DNA of 64,000 nt, taken from NCBI GenBank assembly GCA_963713725.1, contig CAVQMZ010000029.1, positions 100,369-164,368 of the forward strand. The letters run 5' to 3'. How positions within the stretch are numbered: position 1 is the first letter of the stretch; every line of letters begins with the position of its first letter. The stretch is from an uncultured Bacteroidota bacterium (GTDB lineage: Bacteria; Bacteroidota; Bacteroidia; Bacteroidales; GCA-2748055). The position numbers and the translations under genes were made by a program. Shown piece after piece: positions 59,177 to 64,000 of the stretch. The notes beneath the pieces were generated by a model. That model was not told the DNA's origin. It did no database searches and saw nothing but the letters and a program-made list of their open reading frames with translations.

Positions 59177-60016
59177 ATGGCATACCTCGAATTCCAAATA
59201 CCTATCCGAACCTGGACCAGCACCGAAAGGGAGATTTTGCTGGCCCGGATGTCGGAAATCGGATTTGAGGGTTTCATTGAGAACGAGGATCAGATTCATG
59301 CCTATATCCCAAAGGAGGTCTTCTCTGGAGACCTCTTCAATCAAATGATTGATGAGCTTTCAGTTCACGGGATGAAGGTTCAGTATATGTTCCATGAAAC
59401 GCCCGACCAGAATTGGAACGAAGAGTGGGAGAAGAAATTTGATCCTGTACTTATTGATGGAAAGGTGCTCATCAGGGCACCTTTCCATGCTTCTGACCAT
59501 GATCTTCCCTGTACCATCATCATAGAACCCAAGATGTCCTTTGGTACAGGTCATCACCATACAACCAGGCTGATGATAGAGGCTATGATTAAGCTTGAGC
59601 TGGAGGGCCTACGGATTCTTGATATGGGTTGTGGGACCGGTGTGCTTGGAATATATGCCTCCAAGCGTCGAGCATCCAAAGTGCTTGGAATCGATAATGA
59701 TCAATGGGCCTATGAGAATGCCCTGGAGAATGTGGAGAAGAATTCAGCCCTTAATATGGATGTCAGATTTGGTGATGCAGATTCACTGAAGGAACAGGTT
59801 TTCGATGTGGTACTTGCTAATATCACCAGAAATATTCTTGTGAAAGATCTGTCTGTTTATGAGCGTCACCTCACCTCCGGTGGAATGCTCCTGGTAAGCG
59901 GATTTCTGGCCGAAGATGTGCAATTTGTCCTGAATGCTGCCTACCAGTGTGGCCTGGAACATCTGGAAACAGCTGAAGTAAGCAACTGGATCTCTCTGTC
60001 CTTTAAAAAACCTTAA
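59177..60016 (+). CDS. prmA: Ribosomal protein L11 methyltransferase.
   Basis: Intact 279-aa ORF with IIEPKMSFGTGHHHTTRLM, ILDMGCGTGVLGIYA, GIDND, ANI and LLVSGF. Confidence 0.9.
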   Translation: MAYLEFQIPIRTWTSTEREILLARMSEIGFEGFIENEDQIHAYIPKEVFSGDLFNQMIDELSVHGMKVQYMFHETPDQNWNEEWEKKFDPVLIDGKVLIRAPFHASDHDLPCTIIIEPKMSFGTGHHHTTRLMIEAMIKLELEGLRILDMGCGTGVLGIYASKRRASKVLGIDNDQWAYENALENVEKNSALNMDVRFGDADSLKEQVFDVVLANITRNILVKDLSVYERHLTSGGMLLVSGFLAEDVQFVLNAAYQCGLEHLETAEVSNWISLSFKKP

Positions 60017-60019
60017 CGA

Positions 60020-63000
60020 ATGACAAATTCTGGTACAGGAAAATTGCTGATTCTTTTGATTTCTGTCTGCCTGTTTCCTTCACTTCAGGCCCAGAGCATA
60101 CGGGAATTTAAGCCGGATACGGCTACTTATATATCTGATTTAAAGGTTTTCACAGGGACAAAGCTTCAGGCTGATGAAGCTCCGGATTTTGAAAGATTTT
60201 TGCAACTCTTCGATTCTCTTCCCTACGACCACCGGATGGAGATTATCGAAGTTTCTAACCTGATGCTTCAGAAAAAGGCTCGGCCAAGACCTCAGTTTAT
60301 TGCATATCAGAGAGTTATCCTGGAGTTTTTCGGTGAAGGGAAAACCTCACACGGATATGATGAATGGCTGAAGGGATATAAAATATTTCTGGCGAGCGAC
60401 AGGGCTCTTCTAACAACCATCACACAATGGTTGAGCCTGTCTCTTTCCCTCATGGAGGATAATATTTTTTATTCCTCCAATTTAATTACCTGGAAAGTTT
60501 CGACACCCTCATTTAGCTTTGTTTTTAATGATGGCCTGAAGGTGTTTTTTGAAAATGTTACGCTTGCCTGCTATGCGGGCATGGATTCTATCCAGATCAA
60601 GGAGGCCACAGGCTATATTGACCCTCTCACACTGGAATGGGAGGGAAGCAAGGGTAAAGTTAGCTGGGAGAGGCTTGGGATGCCCGAGTCTGATATGTAT
60701 GCCCTGCTGGGTGAGTTTAAAATTAACCTTAAGACTTCAGCTTATTTTGCAGATTCCACATCCCTTTATTATCCTGCACTCTTCAATGGCAAGGTTACCG
60801 GGAGACTGGAAGATAAGGTAAGCGTAATCAAAGACATTCAGATGGCAAAATTTCCTCAGTTTATTTCATACCAGAACTCCTATGAAAAGAAGGATTTTGT
60901 AGCCGGTATAAACTACAGGGGAGGGATTACCATTGAAGGCGCCAACCTGATTGGTTCCGGAGTGAAAGGAGAACCTGCTGAGATTGAAATTTTCAGCAGA
61001 GATACCCTGAGGATCACGGCAAGATCGCACCGATTTATAATGAACAGCCGTTTCATTCGGTCCCCCATTACGGAAGTTTATATTTTTTTAGGACAGGATT
61101 CAATTTTTCACCCTGACCTGATATTGGATTATGATGTGGGCAGGGAGCAGTTAAGGCTCCATAAATCGGAGGATTTTACTTCCCAGGGCCCCTATTCAAA
61201 TACCTACCATGGTGTGGACATGAATTTTGATGAGCTTTTATGGACCCGGGATGATCCTATTATGAAATTCCAGGCCCAGCTGGGTTCTTCAATTGGTCGG
61301 GCTACTTTTGAGTCCAATACCTTTTTTAACTATGATTTTTTCATGAGTTTACAGGGCATGGATTATTTGCATCCGCTTGCCCAACTGGCTGCTTATTCGG
61401 ATATGGTCCGGGGCAGGGGCTTTAATTCGGGACCCTATGCCGATTTTGTGGGATATGCCGAGTATCAGATCCGGCACCAGCTTATGGCGCTTGCTAAACT
61501 GGGTTTCGTTTATTATGATGATGAAAGTAATATAATTACGCTACGACAAAAGTTATTCGATTACATCCAGGCATCCATCCGGAAGCGGGATTATGATGTG
61601 ATCCGCTTCAACTCAAAAGTTGAGGGTATATCCAATGCTGAACTTAATCTCTATTCCAGGGACCTCACCATACGGGGGATTCCCTTTATATTCTTAAGTG
61701 ATTCGCAAAATGTAAGATTAATCCCCAGTGAGAACAGCATTGTAATGAAACGAAACCGTAGTTTTCTATTTGACGGAGTAGTGGATGCAGGTTTATTCAG
61801 GTTTACGGGGCACAAGTTTCTTTTTCCAGTACGACAGCTTTAAAATATCCATGCAGCAAATTGACTCCCTGCAAATGTCTATCAATACGGGAGAGTCCAA
61901 CCAGTATGGCGAACCCGTTTTGATCGGTATTGATAACGCCATAGAAAGTATGACAGGAGAACTTCTGATTGATGAACCCATGAATAAATCGGGCCTTGAG
62001 CGTTATCCCCAGTATCCCACCTTTTCCAGTCAGGACAAATCATATATTTATTTTGACAGTCCGAGTATTCAAAATGGGGTTTACGACCGGAATTCATTCT
62101 ATTTCCAGCTGGAGGCTTTTACCATCGACAGTCTGGATAATTTCAGACCGGAAGCCATTGCTCCCTATGGTACCTTTACATCTGCAGGGATCCTTCCTCC
62201 GCTTGAAATGCAAATGACCCTTCGTGAGGATAATTCCCTTGGCTTTATCATGCAAACTTCCGATGATGGCATTGATCTTTACGGTGGATTGGGTACCTTT
62301 TATAATGAGATTGAAATGAGCAGCAGTGGCCTGCGTGGATTTGGCTCCTTCGATTATCTTACTTCAAGCACCAGGTCGGATGGTTTTATGATGCACCCCG
62401 ATTCCATGATGGCCCGTACGCGGTCTTTCCTGATCAGGGAGGCAAGTGATTCCATAGAGTTTCCCCGGGTTGAAAATACAGAGGCCGACCTGACCCTGCT
62501 GGCCAGGGACGAAGTATTGCGCATGGAGCGGTTTGATGAAACCTTCCGCATGTTCGATGACTCCATTTATCATGGAGGTGATCTTGAACTGAGACCATCC
62601 GGTCTGTCCGGGTCAGGAGCAATGGCCATGGAGGGTGCCAGGTTTGAATCGGACCACTTTCGGTATGGATCGAGGAGCATCATGTCCGATTCAGCCGGGG
62701 TTCAGCTGAGGAGAAGTTGGGAGCCGGACTACTCTCTTGTGAGCAATGATGTGAATTTCATGGTGGATCTTGATGAGGGAAGAGGTGATTTCTCCGCAAA
62801 CGGAGACCAGACCAGGATAGACTTTCCCTATAATTTATATGAAACGAATCTCGATCAATTCACCTGGGATATGCATGAGGGGAAAGTCGAACTTTCTCAG
62901 AATAAACTGCTTTACGAAAATAATGTAGATATCGGAATCGATTCCCTGAGAAGCAATGGTCCCCATTACCGATCACTTCATATCACTCAGGATTCCCTTA

Positions 63001-64000
63001 ATTTTGTCGCTCCTGAAGCCACTTATGAATTTGACTCCAGGCGACTCATTGCTCACAAAGTACCCTTCATAGAGGTTGCTGATGCCTATCTCTTTCCCGA
63101 TTCAGGCGAGGTTGTAATTGGCGAAAAGGCGAGTATGAATCTGCTAAAAAATGCCAGGCTGCTGGCCAACAAAGATAACAGGCAACACCTTATTTATGAT
63201 GCCATCCTGGCCGTCCATGGCGCAAATGAATATACCGGGACAGGTTATTACGACTACAAGGATGCATTTCAAAACAGCTATGAGCTGTTTTTCGATAGAA
63301 TTTGGGTAGATACATCACTGGTCACAAGGTCATTGGGCAAGGTTGAGGAGGATGATCCCTTCATGCTGAGTCCCTACTTTGATTTTCAGGGTGAGGTTCA
63401 GCTTTATGCCGATAAACCCTCCTTAACCTTCGACGGGGGTACCCGTATTGTACATGATTGTGATATCACAAAGGGCTGGCTGAGGTTTACGGCGGACGTT
63501 ATTCCTTCAGATATCAGGATTCCTGTCAGCGAAAACATGATGAATACCGATCTCAATAAGCTTTTTGCCGGTTCACTGATTACAAGGGACTCGACACATA
63601 TCTATTCAGCTTTCCTGAGTGGCAGGAAGGACTATTTTGATGCCAACATTACCAATGCATCCGGCACCCTTATTTACGATCCGGCAAGGGAGAGCTACAT
63701 CATTGCCAGTGAGGAAAAACTTGCTGATCCCAGTCTGTCCGGCTCCTATCTAAGGCTGGATACCAAAAGCTGCGAGGTATACGGTGAAGGCCCCATTGAT
63801 CTGACACTGGATTACGGCCAGGTAAGGATCAAATCTGCAGGTAATGCCACCCACCATGTTGCAGAAGACAGGTTCGAAACCCGCTTGATCCTGGGGCTTG
63901 ATTTTATGTTTTCGCCTGAAGCTCTTCAAATCATGGGCAGAGAGATTGATAGTATGAGCAATCTGGATCCTGTTGACCTGACCAGTCCCCATTATGAACT
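60020..64000 (+). CDS. Large (>1320 aa) secreted conserved-hypothetical protein. One frame break at a T5 run, and the 3' end is beyond the window.
   Basis: ORF 60020..61843 has a signal peptide (KLLILLISVCLFPSLQAQ). An open frame not in the supplied ORF track runs from ~61818 to 64000 without a stop (YDSFKISMQQIDSLQMSINTGES...DPVDLTSPHYEL). The junction is at TTTTT 61821..61825. Confidence 0.5.

Noticed and set aside
1-64000. A search for CRISPR arrays, tRNA/rRNA genes, transposases, integrases, phage or defence-system genes, and long nucleotide-level repeats.
   Set aside because: I found no regularly spaced repeats, tRNA-like cloverleaf candidates in intergenic regions, or recombinase/transposase-like ORFs. 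The only nucleotide-level repeats noticed are the paralogous gene segments reported above. This was a visual scan, not a computed one.

Overview
This is a Bacteroidota-type chromosome segment. The phylum call rests on T9SS C-terminal sorting domains, a hybrid two-component (HTCS) regulator and a Bacteroidetes-style housekeeping block.

**nt 1 to ~47.9 kb: polysaccharide-utilisation-like locus.** It is almost entirely on the minus strand. The enzyme mix points to a sulfated, fucose-rich, probably acetylated glycan (fucoidan / sulfated-fucan type). It contains:
- six Cys-type (CxPxR) sulfatases plus a 62-nt sulfatase 3' relic
- three clear GH29 alpha-L-fucosidases plus two divergent GH29-like domains
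- three parallel beta-helix proteins
- four copies of an uncharacterised GHL/GH114-style TIM-barrel-like domain (one fused to a GH29-like domain, one at the N-terminus of a T9SS cargo protein)
- two ~1350-aa T9SS-sorted modular proteins, one with an F-type-lectin-like domain
- two HGG/GxSxG esterases, one with an EF-hand pair
- a FucP-like MFS permease
- a Tat-signal enolase-superfamily lipoprotein
- a GH140-like (DUF4038-like) protein and a beta-propeller GH-like protein
- a decayed GH30 remnant
- an HTCS regulator

I found no SusC/SusD pair, transposase/integrase, tRNA, rRNA or CRISPR array.

**nt ~49.3 to 64 kb: core genes.** These are ppdK, pckA, plsY, cdaA, folP, tmk, a DoxX-like membrane protein, tpiA, prmA and a large secreted protein that runs off the window end.

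**Main caveat.** The sequence as given has roughly 30 or more reading-frame breaks. They hit core metabolic and likely essential genes too (ppdK, pckA, plsY, cdaA, tmk), and four of the six junctions I traced sit in short mononucleotide runs of 3 to 6 nt. Consensus indel error is the most economical explanation for most of them. I therefore report merged gene spans rather than ORF fragments and say so for each gene.
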